Shown here: positions 8,095 through 18,981 of the stretch, one piece after another
Layout of the letters: every line of letters begins with the position of its first letter
How positions within the stretch are numbered: the stretch's first letter is position 1
Assembly (NCBI GenBank): GCA_965602015.1
Contig: OZ271918.1
Span: 2,912,001-2,976,000 of the forward strand
DNA: 64,000 bases
Direction of reading: 5' to 3'
DNA from: Salinispira sp.
GTDB taxonomy: Bacteria > Spirochaetota > Spirochaetia > DSM-27196 > Salinispiraceae
Position numbers and translations under genes: made by a program
Notes under the pieces: model-generated
The model's input: only the letters and a program-made list of their open reading frames with translations
The model's database searches: none
What the model was told of the DNA's origin: nothing

Positions 8095-10563
8095 ATGAAG
8101 TCATTAAAACCCTCAGTCCGGATTCTTCGCAGGATTTCCCTGCTCCTGATTGCCGGAATCACCCTCTTTGCCGGCTGCGATTTGCTCGGTCCGATCGTAA
8201 ACGGGGACGATCCTGATCCCCCCGACGCCCCGTTCAACGTCCAGCTCCAGGTCTTGTCTTCCACCCAAATACGGATTAACTGGGAAAGCGACGGTCGGGA
8301 CCTGGACGGCTTCGTCATCAGGCGGCGCATGGATCAGACGAATTTTCAAACCATCGGTCAGCCCGGAAAGGACGACCGCTTTTTTATCGACGGAACCCTG
8401 GACCCGGAAACCGAATACTTCTACCAGATCCAAGCCACGGGACCCGGAGGTGAAAGCGAATTCACTCCTGTTCCCGAGCTTTCCGCTGTTACCCTGGTCG
8501 ACGGGGGAATGCCGGCCTTCCTGGCACAGGATACCGAGATGTATCCGAACCAGGGCACCCTGGGAAACAACATTATTGAGCTGCTGATCCCCGGTCAGCA
8601 ATACGATGTGGAGATAATGATCAACACCCTCGACTGGCTGCAATTTCCCGTGCAACCCAACGGGGATGTGTACTGCGAACTCGATGAGTTCGAACTGCTG
8701 GAGGGTGAGAACTCCATACTCTTTCGCTACCGCCATCCCGATACCGGACAGACCGGCGACGCGGGAGAGCTGATCGTCCACCGGGGTTTCATCGACCTCG
8801 GCAGGGATTTCGAGGATTCGGGTTTTGATATTCCTCAGGTTCGCCTGCAGGCTGATGTGGTCAACGACGGGGTGTTCACCCTCTATGAGCGGGACCCCAT
8901 GTCAAGCGATCCTTATGCTCCGGTAGCCGGTCATCTGCTTATTCCCCACTCGGACGGTTCGATGGCGGTGGCCAACGGCGGGGATGTACTCCTGGGGCTC
9001 GAACTGGAAAGCGCATCGCTCGAGTACGCCTACCTTGCGCTGTTCAACTATAATTTCTACACGCAGAATTTCGAACTGGCGGTAAATACCGGAGCCAGCC
9101 TCTCAGGCGCCTTGTACAAGATTGTAAACAATGTCGACTCTCCCCTCGTCCCTGGCGACGGAGCGGACTTCATTTCAGTCTTGAGTTTCGAAGACGGCGA
9201 CGGCAACCGGATATACAGCCATCCGGGCATCCAGCTGGATGGCAGCCACCCGGATTTTGACCCGTCAACCGGAGACTTCATCTTCGAAGGTTTATCAGGA
9301 GGACATGACTATCACCTTGAGACCCTGTGGAACAGCGAAGAGTATCATATGTTCTGGCGGGAACATCCGGTTCCGGTCTCTGGAAATCAGGACGTGGGAA
9401 CATGGTACTACGACCTGGATCGGCCGGTTATCCTCATTCAGCACCATGGCTGGGGGCATTACGACTGGGTCGCTGAAATGAACCAATACGTCAGTGACAA
9501 CACGGCAGCATTCGGGAATATTGACTGGATACGCAACGAATACCGGGAGTTCGATGAAATCGTCAACATCCTCTCGGACAACAGCCATCCGCTTCACGGC
9601 AAAACCGTTATGACGTTCACGAACTATCACATTGATTACGGCGGCGGAACGGTGGTGAATCTCACAGACCTCATTACCTCAGGCAGATTTCGGGAACTGG
9701 GCGCCTTGGGCATTGTGGAAGCGGATTATCAGCCGGCCTACCAGCATCCCAGCGGCTTCTACGGCATGCCTTTTTACACGGGAAATCATCTTATGCTCTA
9801 CTACAATAGCTCGCTGATCAGCCAGGTTGATGTTCCCATCAATTCCGCGGAACTTCTCGCCCTTGACCCGTCAGCGACACCGGCGGGAAGCAGCCACTGG
9901 CTTGCCTATAATTATTTTGAACCATTCTGGCTCATTCCCTGGATTACCGGCTCCGCCGGGTTCCCCCTGGACGCAGCGGAAAACAAGGACCTCAACACCG
10001 CGGAAATGATTAACGCCCTGGGCTTTGTGGATTCCCTGCTCTCCGACGGCATACTCGCCCCTGATACGGATTACACGGCGGCGGACGATATGTTCCGCAA
10101 CGGCGAAGTGCCGATGATAATCAACGGCGACTGGACCTTCGATTCCTACCGTGAACATTTCGGACCCGACCTTGGCGTCGCAGCCCTTCCGGCCCTTGAA
10201 GCCCCGTCGGTTCCGTTCACCGAATCATTGAATTTCTACATCGTGGATCGGGGCGATCCGAGCTTTGAGCAGGCTTTGGCCGATATGCTTCTTGCCCTTC
10301 AGGATGAGACCGCAATCGAATCGGCCTACGCCGGTGTGACCGACGTCATTCAAATACCGAGGATTCCCGCCCTCCTGTTGACCCACGACAATCTGGGCGA
10401 TGCGTTGTACCAGGACATGGTAAATCTGCTTCCGGCGGATAATCCCCTGCCCCGATCGCAGGGAATGGATGACGCGTGGCAGGCCATGCTTAACGTCTAC
10501 CCCGACTTCCTGAACGGCACCTTGACGGCAACCGAAGCGGCCGCCGCCATGCAGGCCTACTAA
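8095..10563 (+). CDS. Lipoprotein: fibronectin type III domain + beta-rich middle region + C-terminal sugar-type extracellular solute-binding domain
   Basis: Lipobox LFAGC; FN3 pattern PDAPFNV...W...LDPETEYFYQIQA; SBP motifs YGMPF...LMLYYN and FRNGEVPMIINGDW...DLGVAALP. Confidence 0.75.
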   Translation: MKSLKPSVRILRRISLLLIAGITLFAGCDLLGPIVNGDDPDPPDAPFNVQLQVLSSTQIRINWESDGRDLDGFVIRRRMDQTNFQTIGQPGKDDRFFIDGTLDPETEYFYQIQATGPGGESEFTPVPELSAVTLVDGGMPAFLAQDTEMYPNQGTLGNNIIELLIPGQQYDVEIMINTLDWLQFPVQPNGDVYCELDEFELLEGENSILFRYRHPDTGQTGDAGELIVHRGFIDLGRDFEDSGFDIPQVRLQADVVNDGVFTLYERDPMSSDPYAPVAGHLLIPHSDGSMAVANGGDVLLGLELESASLEYAYLALFNYNFYTQNFELAVNTGASLSGALYKIVNNVDSPLVPGDGADFISVLSFEDGDGNRIYSHPGIQLDGSHPDFDPSTGDFIFEGLSGGHDYHLETLWNSEEYHMFWREHPVPVSGNQDVGTWYYDLDRPVILIQHHGWGHYDWVAEMNQYVSDNTAAFGNIDWIRNEYREFDEIVNILSDNSHPLHGKTVMTFTNYHIDYGGGTVVNLTDLITSGRFRELGALGIVEADYQPAYQHPSGFYGMPFYTGNHLMLYYNSSLISQVDVPINSAELLALDPSATPAGSSHWLAYNYFEPFWLIPWITGSAGFPLDAAENKDLNTAEMINALGFVDSLLSDGILAPDTDYTAADDMFRNGEVPMIINGDWTFDSYREHFGPDLGVAALPALEAPSVPFTESLNFYIVDRGDPSFEQALADMLLALQDETAIESAYAGVTDVIQIPRIPALLLTHDNLGDALYQDMVNLLPADNPLPRSQGMDDAWQAMLNVYPDFLNGTLTATEAAAAMQAY

Positions 10564-10580
10564 GCCCCGCTTTTGGGACT

Positions 10581-10612
10581 GCTGCGCCGCCTGTTTATTG
10601 AGGCGGCGCAGC
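10581..10612. terminator. Hairpin between convergent genes
   Basis: GCTGCGCCGCCT-N8-AGGCGGCGCAGC, 12-bp perfect stem. Confidence 0.6.
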
Positions 10613-10613
10613 C

Positions 10614-11372
10614 TTAGGCAAATGTCCCCGACCGGCTGATCCAGGGGCATATCAGGATTTCCAGCCGGTCGAGCAGGGCCAACAGGGCCGCTGCGGTAAT
10701 GCCGAGGGCAAGAATGCCGGCGAACATCATCCGGTAATCGGCCATAATCCAGCTGTTCATCACGAAGTACCCCAGGCCGTACTCGGTGGCATAGTTCTCC
10801 GCGAAAAAGAGCACCGCCATGCCGATGCCCACGGACACCCTGAGGGCCGAGAATAAGCCCGGCATGGCCGCCGGCAGGTACATCTTCCAGAGCCTGCGCC
10901 GCTTTGTCAGCCCCAGACTAAACGCCGCCCGGTGATACTCCGGCGGGATGGCCTTCATGGAATCCCGAACCGCCAGGCTAATCTGAAATATCATAACCGC
11001 AAATACCAGAATGACTTTGGACAGGTCGCCCAGTCCGAACAACAGCATAAACAAGGGCAAAAAGGCGATTTTCGGGAGGGGATATAACAGATACAGCAGA
11101 GGGGACAGGCTCCGGTCGGCCGCGGCGTTCACTCCCAATACGATGCCGATGGGTAGCCCGGCGAGAACTGCAGCGCCAATGCCGCCGAACAGCCTCAGCA
11201 GGCTGGCAAGGGCATGGGATGGAAGGCTTCCGTCGGCAGTCAGTTTTATGAACTGACCTATCACCGCCGGTGGCGCAGGCACCAGCGCCGGACCGATAAT
11301 CAGGCTCGCTACCCACCAGAGGGCCGTCAGAGCCAGTATTCCGTAGATAATCCGCAGCGCCCGGCCCTTCAC
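10614..11372 (-). CDS. ABC transporter permease, NitT/TauT family
   Basis: YPLPKIAFLPLFMLLFGLGD; EAA-like loop; LPAAMPGLFSALR. Confidence 0.9.
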   Translation of the reverse strand: MKGRALRIIYGILALTALWWVASLIIGPALVPAPPAVIGQFIKLTADGSLPSHALASLLRLFGGIGAAVLAGLPIGIVLGVNAAADRSLSPLLYLLYPLPKIAFLPLFMLLFGLGDLSKVILVFAVMIFQISLAVRDSMKAIPPEYHRAAFSLGLTKRRRLWKMYLPAAMPGLFSALRVSVGIGMAVLFFAENYATEYGLGYFVMNSWIMADYRMMFAGILALGITAAALLALLDRLEILICPWISRSGTFA

Positions 11373-12232
11373 TCTGCCCCCCGTGTTTTTTCACCGTAGG
11401 ACCGGCGCTCTGTGCCCTCCCGCTCTTTTATCGGATACCCTATTTTTGACGCCCCTGCACCGCCTCCTGCGGATGCGCTGCTGTGTCCGCCGAGAAGTTT
11501 CCGCAGCTCCACGGCGCGCCGGTAGAAGTCCCCGTGTTCCCGGGCCTGAGGGTCGGGAAACAGGGGATTATCGTATTCCGCCGCCAGGCGCCCCCGTTCC
11601 ATGACGTATACCCGGGGCGCCAGGAACAGGGCCTCTTCGATTCCGTGGGTGACGTATATGCAGGTTACCTTCCGCTCCTGCTGCACCGCGAGAAGAAGGT
11701 CCTGCAGGGATTCCCGGGTAAACGCGTCCAGGGCGGCGCTGGGTTCATCGAGGAGTAATATTTCGGGGCTGTTCATCAGGCTGCGGGCCAGGGAAACCCG
11801 CTGCCGCTCACCGCCGCTCATCTGGCCCGGGTAGCGGGAGGCGCAATGTCCCACTCCCAGTTCTTCCAGCAGCTCACCGGCCCGGCCGGTCTCCCGGGGC
11901 GCGGGCAGCAGCACATTGCCAAGGCCCGTAAGCCAGGGGAAAAGGGCGTCGCTTTGCTGAACCAGGCCCGGCCGCCGGGTAAGCTGTGGCCGAAGGGCAG
12001 CGCCGGCGGTGACGGGATTGGCATTGTCAGATCCCGTCGGCTTCCCTGATGACGTCTCAATGCTGCCGGATTGGGGAGTGATGAGCCCGGCAATGAGGTG
12101 AAGCATGGTGGTCTTGCCGCAGCCCGATGACCCGATTACCGAGCAGGCTCCGCCGCTTGGAATATCCAGGTCTATTCCCGAGACGCCACCGCCGCCGGGG
12201 TACTCGTATCGAAGACTGCGCAGACGGATCAA
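11369..12232 (-). CDS. ABC transporter ATP-binding protein, NitT/TauT family
   Basis: GSSGCGKT Walker A, MSGGERQR signature, LLLDEP Walker B. Confidence 0.93.
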   Translation of the reverse strand: MIRLRSLRYEYPGGGGVSGIDLDIPSGGACSVIGSSGCGKTTMLHLIAGLITPQSGSIETSSGKPTGSDNANPVTAGAALRPQLTRRPGLVQQSDALFPWLTGLGNVLLPAPRETGRAGELLEELGVGHCASRYPGQMSGGERQRVSLARSLMNSPEILLLDEPSAALDAFTRESLQDLLLAVQQERKVTCIYVTHGIEEALFLAPRVYVMERGRLAAEYDNPLFPDPQAREHGDFYRRAVELRKLLGGHSSASAGGGAGASKIGYPIKEREGTERRSYGEKTRGAE

Positions 12233-13212
12233 TTGCGCTCTGCTCCCTCCAGCAGTTCCGGGGCAATGAGATCCCCGGGGGTCACATTGAGGTTCCGTCC
12301 GAGAATGCCGGAGGTCCAGTCGATAATGCTTTGGAGGTACGCTCCGTCGGGAAGCCGCGCCGGATGGTAGCTGGGCAGGATGATATTGTCCCGCAGCTGT
12401 GGGGGAAGATTGGGTATGTATTCAATGAGCATGTCCCTGGCAAGGCTGGGGTCCTGATTGATATCAGCCACCGCCCGGTTATATGCCCGGATAAATGCGC
12501 CGATAGCCTCACGGCGACCCCCAAGGGCAGCAGAGGTAAACGCCATGACGTCGGGACTAAATCCTCCGGGAGCTTCAAATAGCCATTTTTCCAACCCCCT
12601 GGCCTCTCCGATGCTGGCAAAGGGTTCGGGAAAGATTCCCGCGTCGAGCCGTCCGGCCAGCACCGCTTCAAGACGCACAGGGATGGCGTTGACATAGGTT
12701 TTTTCCAGCTCGTAGTCGCCGGCGAGCCAGGAATCGACGAGGAAGTTGGTCACCGATACTTCCATGAGGCCAACCTGCAAAACATCCCGGTCTTCGCTTC
12801 CCGCCCGGACCAGAACCGGGAAGACGCCGTCGGTGAGCATGGGAGCCCGGAGTTCGAACCCCGCATCATTGTTGACCGCAAGGGCAACCAGGTCGGTCAT
12901 GGCGCCGTCGACCTGACCGGTCTGGAGGGCGCTCTGGCGATCCTGTCCGCTGGTAAACAGGGTTATCTCCACATCAAGCCCCTCAGCGCTGAAGTAGCCC
13001 CGGTGGGCGGCGAGATACATCGGCGCGCTGTCCACTGCGGGCATAAGGCCGATCCGCAGTTCCATAAGCGGCGTCGCCGCTTCTGCTTCCGCCGCGGCGG
13101 AACCGGCTACTCCCGAGGGCTCTCCGGCGCCGCGGGCAAACAGAGCGGCTGCGGTAAAAATGCATATAATAGAAACGAGAGATCTGCGAAAGATCGCTGA
13201 TTGCTTTTTCAT
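12229..13212 (-). CDS. ABC substrate-binding protein (SsuA/THI5/NMT1-like)
   Basis: LRIGLMPAVDSAPMYLAAHRGYFSAEGLDVEI; spirochaete-type signal LFARGAGE; likely start MKKQ at 13212. Confidence 0.85.
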   Translation of the reverse strand: MKKQSAIFRRSLVSIICIFTAAALFARGAGEPSGVAGSAAAEAEAATPLMELRIGLMPAVDSAPMYLAAHRGYFSAEGLDVEITLFTSGQDRQSALQTGQVDGAMTDLVALAVNNDAGFELRAPMLTDGVFPVLVRAGSEDRDVLQVGLMEVSVTNFLVDSWLAGDYELEKTYVNAIPVRLEAVLAGRLDAGIFPEPFASIGEARGLEKWLFEAPGGFSPDVMAFTSAALGGRREAIGAFIRAYNRAVADINQDPSLARDMLIEYIPNLPPQLRDNIILPSYHPARLPDGAYLQSIIDWTSGILGRNLNVTPGDLIAPELLEGAERN

Positions 13213-13405
13213 ATTCCTGAGGATAGCAGGGACTCCCCCGGGGCTCAAGACGGGAAGGGGTCGGGTAAATATCGCCGTTTATTTCCCAAAAAGATTGTCG
13301 CCGGCAGCGGAATTTGCGATGCTATAGATATAGAACGATCGTTCTTTTATTTTTTTGCCCTTCAGCCGCTCGGGGGGTGCTCGGGCACAAGCCCTGGAGA
13401 TTTCC

Positions 13406-14656
13406 GTGATAAAAAAGATCATTCCGGTGCTGATCATCGTCGTCCTGGTCGGCATCGTCGCCATACGCTTCATCAGCCAAAGCCTGGCGGAAGAACCCGA
13501 AGTACCGGCTACGCCGGTGCGGGTAGGTGGACCCCTGCTGGGAGATATCAGCATGAGGCTGAGCTATAACGGCAACCTGAGACCTGAGCGGACCACCATG
13601 GTTATGCCCCTGGTCAGCGGGGAGATTCTGGACATCCCAGTCGGGAGGAATCAGCTTGTCGAAAAAGGGCAGCTTTTGGCCAGCCTGGACGATGAGGTAG
13701 TCCGGCTCCAGGCGGAACAGGCCCGGGCAAACTGGGCCGCCGCCGACGCTCAGCTTCGCAAGGCCCGGCAGGGAGCCCGCCCCGAGGAACTGGAAAGCGC
13801 CCAGGCCAGCCTTTCCCAGGCCGGGACCGAGCTGGAGACCGCGCGCAGCAATCTTGAGAGGACGAGGAATCTCTTCGAAGCGGGCACCATCTCCCGAAGC
13901 GAGTACGAAAACGCCCGGAATGCCGTCAGCGCCGCGGAAACCGAGCTGGAAAACGCCCGCCGCACGGTGCGCCTGATGGAAGAAGGCGCCCGGCCGGAGG
14001 ATATCGAAATGGCCCAGGCCCAGGCCGACGCCGCCCGGCAGCAGCTGGAACTGGCCCAGCTTCAGATCGAGTACGCCAGCATCACCAGCCCGGTAGACGG
14101 CAGAATTATCGATATCTACAGCGACGAGGGAAACACCGCGGCTCCGGGTAATCCGCTGATGGCCATCGTGAGCGACGATCTGATCTATGCGAGGATTGCC
14201 ATCCCGGAAAAACACTACGGACTGTTCAGGACCCGGCAGGACGACATCAACGCCCTGATCTCACCAATCGCCTACCCGGACAACCCGCCCTTCCCGGGCT
14301 ACATCACCAGCATAGCGGAAGTTATCAACGCCGGAAGCCGGACCTTCGAGGTCGACGTCGCAGTCGATAACATCGGCTCCCTGTTGAAACCCGGAATGTT
14401 CGTCACTGTGGACTTCCTGATGAGCGAGCTCACCGACGTCGTCAAAGTTCCCAATTCGGCAATCGTCTACCGGGACGGTCAGCCGGTGGTGTTCCTCTAC
14501 AATGAGGACGGGACGGTCAGCCTCAGGAATGTGGATCCGGGGATGAGCGACGGGCTGGCCAGTGAAATTCGCTCGGGCATCTCCATTGACGATCAGATTG
14601 TGGTGGAGGGAAACTCATTTTTGGAAGACGGACAGCAGGTCCGGCCGGTGCAGTAG
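13406..14656 (+). CDS. RND efflux periplasmic adaptor (membrane fusion protein)
   Basis: Lipoyl-like VSGEILDIPV...VEKGQLLASLD, long coiled-coil hairpin, LKPGMFV; likely GTG start 13406. Confidence 0.92.
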   Translation: MIKKIIPVLIIVVLVGIVAIRFISQSLAEEPEVPATPVRVGGPLLGDISMRLSYNGNLRPERTTMVMPLVSGEILDIPVGRNQLVEKGQLLASLDDEVVRLQAEQARANWAAADAQLRKARQGARPEELESAQASLSQAGTELETARSNLERTRNLFEAGTISRSEYENARNAVSAAETELENARRTVRLMEEGARPEDIEMAQAQADAARQQLELAQLQIEYASITSPVDGRIIDIYSDEGNTAAPGNPLMAIVSDDLIYARIAIPEKHYGLFRTRQDDINALISPIAYPDNPPFPGYITSIAEVINAGSRTFEVDVAVDNIGSLLKPGMFVTVDFLMSELTDVVKVPNSAIVYRDGQPVVFLYNEDGTVSLRNVDPGMSDGLASEIRSGISIDDQIVVEGNSFLEDGQQVRPVQ

Positions 14657-14665
14657 GAGGCCTCT

Positions 14666-17600
14666 GTGAGCATACCACGCCTGGCGGTCAAGCATCCGGT
14701 AACCACCACCATGGTTTTCGCCGCCTTTTTCGTCCTGGGAATCCTGTCCCTGACCCGCATCGGTCAGGAGCTGTTTCCCGAGGTCAATCTACCCACCGCC
14801 ATCGTTTTCACCACCAGCCCCGGGGTCGGCCCCTTCGAGATTGAAAGCGGGGTAAGCCGGCCCATTGAGGGAGCCTTCGCCAGCCTCGACGGCGTTGAGA
14901 GCATCAGTTCCCAATCTTACGAAAGCATGTCCATCGTCCAGGTGGGGTTTGTCTCGTCAACCGACTTGAACAGCGTGATTCCCGAAATTCGCGAGGCCCT
15001 CAACTCCGTGAGCTCCTCATTTCCCGAGGGGACCGAGAGGCCCCTGGTATTCAAGTTTTCCAGCAACACCCTTCCTTCCCTGCGGATAAATGCCTTTACC
15101 GAGAGCAGCGGAATCAACATCAGGGATCTCATAAAATCAGAGGTGGTTCCCCAGCTCGAGCGCATCCCCGGAGTCGCCCAGGTGGACTATTTCGGCGGCC
15201 GGGAAGCGGCGGTGATGATCCGCCTGGACCTGGAGAGCCTGGTCAAGCTTCAGATACCCATTCCCCAGCTGATCCAGATTTTCCAGGGTGAGAACGTCAG
15301 CCTTCCCGGGGGCAGCATCACTGCCGACGACAGAACGATCATCATCAGGACCATCGGCGAGTACGAGACAACCGAGGACATCGGAAACACTCTGGTCGGC
15401 TACCGGGACGATGTTCCGGTGTACCTGAAGGATCTGGCGGACATCGAATTCGACTACCGGCCCCAGGAGGAATACGTCTACGTCGAGGGCTTCGAGGGGA
15501 TAAACCTCGCCATACAAAAGCAATCGGGCTTTAATACGGTGGACGTGAACCAGGGCGTGCTCGACCGCATAGAGGAGCTCAGGTCCCGGCTCCCCCCGTC
15601 AATAAAGTTCGAGGTGCAGTACGACCAGGCCCGGCAGGTCCGGGGCAGCATCGGGGGCGTGGCAAACACCGCATGGCAGGGAGGCCTCCTGGCCATCATC
15701 GTTCTGATGATCTTTCTCAGGAACATCCGTTCAACGGTAATCGTATCCATGGCCATACCGGTTTCCGTCATTGCCACCTTCAGCCTTATCGACTTCGGCG
15801 GCATGACGCTGAACATCACCAGCCTGCTGGGCATCACCCTTGCCATCGGGATGTTTGTGGACAATGCCATTGTCGTGCTTGAGGCGATCTACCGCAAACA
15901 GCTTCAGGGCCTCAACCGCCACGACGCGGCCATCGAAGGAGCCGAGGAGGTCAATACGGCGGTCATCGCCTCAACCCTGACAACCATGGCGGTCTTCGTC
16001 CCCATGCTCTTTGTGGAGGGACTGGCGGGCCATTTGTTCAGGGATTTAAGCCTCACCATCAGCTTCTCCCTGGGCATGAGCCTCATCACCGCCCTTGCTC
16101 TAATTCCCATGCTCTCCTCGCGCTTCCTCAAGGTGGAAAAACTCACCGGCCTCCACCCCGACAAGCTTCACGAACTGTCCCTTGCGGACGTCACCACCCA
16201 CACGGGAAACAAATTTCTCGACTGGCTCGGCGCCCGAATTCAGGCGGGACTTCACTGGCTCGATGAGAGCTATGAAGCGGTAATCCGGTGGAGCATACAG
16301 CATGGCTGGACCGTGGTTATTTCCGCCCTGCTGCTATTGGCCTTCTCGTTGGGCTCGATTCTTCTTTTAGGTATGGAGTTCCTGCCGGAAGCCGATGAGG
16401 GAACCTTTGAAATTTCAATCGAGACCCGCACTGGTTCGCATTACAGCCTGACCACGGAAAAGGTGCGGGCGCTGGAAGAAATTATCCGGGAGGAGGCTTC
16501 CGGCGCCATCGAAACCATGTCAACCCGGGTGGGGGACGGGGGCAGCAATTTCGCCAACGTCGATGTGGCCCTGATCGGCAAGGATGACCGCAGCGAGGAT
16601 ATCTGGACCATCACCCGCCGGATAAACCGCCGCATCAGCGCGGAGATTCTGGATATCCGGCACAACCTGACCATCACCGGTATGAGTTCCCTGGCGGGTC
16701 AGGCGAGCGGCGGCGGCAGCCCCCTGGTGGTTCGCCTCACCGGAGACGATCTGCCGGCGATGCAGGATCATGCGGACAGCGTCATTGCCCGGCTCGAGGG
16801 CATAGAGGGCACCAGGAACTTCCGATCGAGTTTTTCCAGCGGAAGGCCCGAACTGCAGTTCCGCATAAAACGGGAGCAGACTGTCAGCCTCGGCCTCAGC
16901 CCCCTGGAAGTGGCGGCCACCATCCGGGCGGCATACAACGGGTATACCGTCAGCCGCTTCGCCCGGGCGGGAGAGGATTACGATGTGGTTCTCATTCTCA
17001 ACGACGCCGATCGGAACAATCTCGATAAAATCACCAACCTGGTTTTTATCAATCCGGCGGGCTCGGCCATTCCCATGGAGAATGTAATCGACATTGTGGA
17101 GGAACAGGGGCCTGTGGGCATCATCCGCCAGGACCGCAGCAGGGTGGTCGACATCCGGGGGAATACCGACGGAAGCCGTCCGCTCAGCCGGGTGGTGGAC
17201 GACATGGAGCTCCTTCTGGAGGCCGCCGGACCGCCCCCGGTGGGCATCGACCGGGAAATCGGCGGTTCTGCCTCGGAGATGAACGAGTCATTCTCGAGCC
17301 TTCTTTTCGCCCTGGCCCTGGCGGTCAGTCTGGTGTACATGGTTATGGCCAGTCAGTTCGAAGACTTCCTCAATCCCCTGATTGTCATGTTCTCAGTGCC
17401 GTTTTCTATTTTCGGTCTGGTGGCGGCCCTTCTGATCACCAATACCACCTTTAACATATTGAGCTTCACCGGAGCCATTCTGCTCACGGGCATCGTGGTA
17501 AACAATGCCATAGTGCTCATCGATTATATAGATCAGTTGCGCCACAAGGGGCTCGATTTGGCCTCGGCGATCATCCGCGGCGGAACCACCAGGCTTAAAC

Positions 17601-17830
17601 CCATACTCATGACAACCGCCACTACCCTCCTCGGCCTCATTCCTATGGCAATGGGTTACGGAACCGGGTCCGAGCTTCGGGCGCCTATGGCGAAGGCGGT
17701 GGTGGGCGGTCTGACCACATCGACCCTAATTACCCTCATACTCATTCCGACGGTATACTGGCTCATCGAGTCCTACCGGCTTCGGAGAAAGGAAAAAATG
17801 CATGAAGAACACAGTGGTATCAACGAGTAA
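14666..17830 (+). CDS. RND efflux permease (AcrB/AcrD/AcrF family)
   Basis: 1054 aa; GMFVDNAIVVLE, GIVVNNAIVLID, RLKPILMT. Confidence 0.95.
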   Translation: MSIPRLAVKHPVTTTMVFAAFFVLGILSLTRIGQELFPEVNLPTAIVFTTSPGVGPFEIESGVSRPIEGAFASLDGVESISSQSYESMSIVQVGFVSSTDLNSVIPEIREALNSVSSSFPEGTERPLVFKFSSNTLPSLRINAFTESSGINIRDLIKSEVVPQLERIPGVAQVDYFGGREAAVMIRLDLESLVKLQIPIPQLIQIFQGENVSLPGGSITADDRTIIIRTIGEYETTEDIGNTLVGYRDDVPVYLKDLADIEFDYRPQEEYVYVEGFEGINLAIQKQSGFNTVDVNQGVLDRIEELRSRLPPSIKFEVQYDQARQVRGSIGGVANTAWQGGLLAIIVLMIFLRNIRSTVIVSMAIPVSVIATFSLIDFGGMTLNITSLLGITLAIGMFVDNAIVVLEAIYRKQLQGLNRHDAAIEGAEEVNTAVIASTLTTMAVFVPMLFVEGLAGHLFRDLSLTISFSLGMSLITALALIPMLSSRFLKVEKLTGLHPDKLHELSLADVTTHTGNKFLDWLGARIQAGLHWLDESYEAVIRWSIQHGWTVVISALLLLAFSLGSILLLGMEFLPEADEGTFEISIETRTGSHYSLTTEKVRALEEIIREEASGAIETMSTRVGDGGSNFANVDVALIGKDDRSEDIWTITRRINRRISAEILDIRHNLTITGMSSLAGQASGGGSPLVVRLTGDDLPAMQDHADSVIARLEGIEGTRNFRSSFSSGRPELQFRIKREQTVSLGLSPLEVAATIRAAYNGYTVSRFARAGEDYDVVLILNDADRNNLDKITNLVFINPAGSAIPMENVIDIVEEQGPVGIIRQDRSRVVDIRGNTDGSRPLSRVVDDMELLLEAAGPPPVGIDREIGGSASEMNESFSSLLFALALAVSLVYMVMASQFEDFLNPLIVMFSVPFSIFGLVAALLITNTTFNILSFTGAILLTGIVVNNAIVLIDYIDQLRHKGLDLASAIIRGGTTRLKPILMTTATTLLGLIPMAMGYGTGSELRAPMAKAVVGGLTTSTLITLILIPTVYWLIESYRLRRKEKMHEEHSGINE

Positions 17831-18977
17831 ATCCCCGCTGCTCCCCGCCGAGCGCCCTCTACCGGTCAGCGGTTTTCCCTGGAACCTAGTGCCCATGGGC
17901 CGATGGCTCCTGGCGCTGGCGGCAACCCTGGCATTCCTCAGCGCCTGCGGCAACTTTTACCGTGCGGAGGTACAGGGCTACCTGAGGGACTCGGAAAACG
18001 ACGGGGGGATCAACGGCGCCACGGTGTATTTCTATCAGAACGCACCGGATTCCGCCGGCGAGGACGGCTGGTTCGCAAAAACCTCCACGGCGGATTTCAA
18101 CGGCAACCCGGGCTATTACACGAGCCGGGTGTACTGGCAGAGCTTCATCAGCGAGTTCGGCCCCGAAGGGGACAGCGGCGAACTTCACCTGGGAATCACC
18201 CATCCGGATTACGCCGATGAAATCCTGTTGATAACCGGTGTATTTTCCGACAGCACCAACAACCTGGAAGACATTCTGCTGACGAGAACGACCTTTCGAT
18301 CGCCCTCGGTATCCGGAAGGGTGGTAAACGCCGCCGGCGAGGGGGTAAACGGAGTGCGCCTGGTGCTGGACCTCTCCTCAACCCCTGACGATGGCGAGGA
18401 TTACGTGGCATTCACCGGCACCGTCGACGGCGAACCGGGGCGCTTTGAGTTCGACGATGTGACCTGGAGCGACGAAAACGCAAGCGACAGCAGCAGTGAA
18501 TCCGTAACTATCAGCGTAGACGATAACGAATGGGAATCCGCCCAGACCCGAACCCTGACACTGAGTTCAGATGAGGAAAGCGACGTGAGTCCCGACATCC
18601 CCGTTGCACGGATTCCCCGCACCAATTTCCAACTGACGGTCCGGGGTGTCATTGAAGACCGCACCGCCGAAGGAAGTATAATCCCCTTTGAGGGGATATT
18701 CGTACAGCTCGAATATGTTGATCCCGACGGCACCCAGACGGTAACGGATTTCAGCGGGGCGAACGGCGCCTATGAGTTCGTCATCCAGTGGGATGAGGCC
18801 GCTGCGGTGGACGAATCGTCAATAACCATCAATCGAATCGATTTCGATATGAACAGCGACGGCACCCTGGCCGGAGGGGCTCCTGACGGCGCCTTCGACT
18901 GGAGCGGATCCGGCGGACGGGAGGTCAGCTCCTTAAGCGGCTTGCATAATCTGCCCCGCTTCGATCCGAATCCCTGA
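17802..18977 (+). CDS. Acidic lipoprotein with repeated carboxypeptidase-regulatory/prealbumin-like beta-sandwich domains
   Basis: Lipobox FLSAC (true start may be ~17895); repeats VQGYLRD..GINGATV, VSGRVVN..GVNGVRL, VRGVIED..GIFVQL. Confidence 0.65.
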   Translation: MKNTVVSTSKSPLLPAERPLPVSGFPWNLVPMGRWLLALAATLAFLSACGNFYRAEVQGYLRDSENDGGINGATVYFYQNAPDSAGEDGWFAKTSTADFNGNPGYYTSRVYWQSFISEFGPEGDSGELHLGITHPDYADEILLITGVFSDSTNNLEDILLTRTTFRSPSVSGRVVNAAGEGVNGVRLVLDLSSTPDDGEDYVAFTGTVDGEPGRFEFDDVTWSDENASDSSSESVTISVDDNEWESAQTRTLTLSSDEESDVSPDIPVARIPRTNFQLTVRGVIEDRTAEGSIIPFEGIFVQLEYVDPDGTQTVTDFSGANGAYEFVIQWDEAAAVDESSITINRIDFDMNSDGTLAGGAPDGAFDWSGSGGREVSSLSGLHNLPRFDPNP

Positions 18978-18981
18978 CGTT

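Noticed and set aside
13213..13405. TPP or other riboswitch upstream of the NitT/TauT ABC operon
   Set aside because: No recognisable conserved aptamer sequence; a -10-like box lies directly before the start codon
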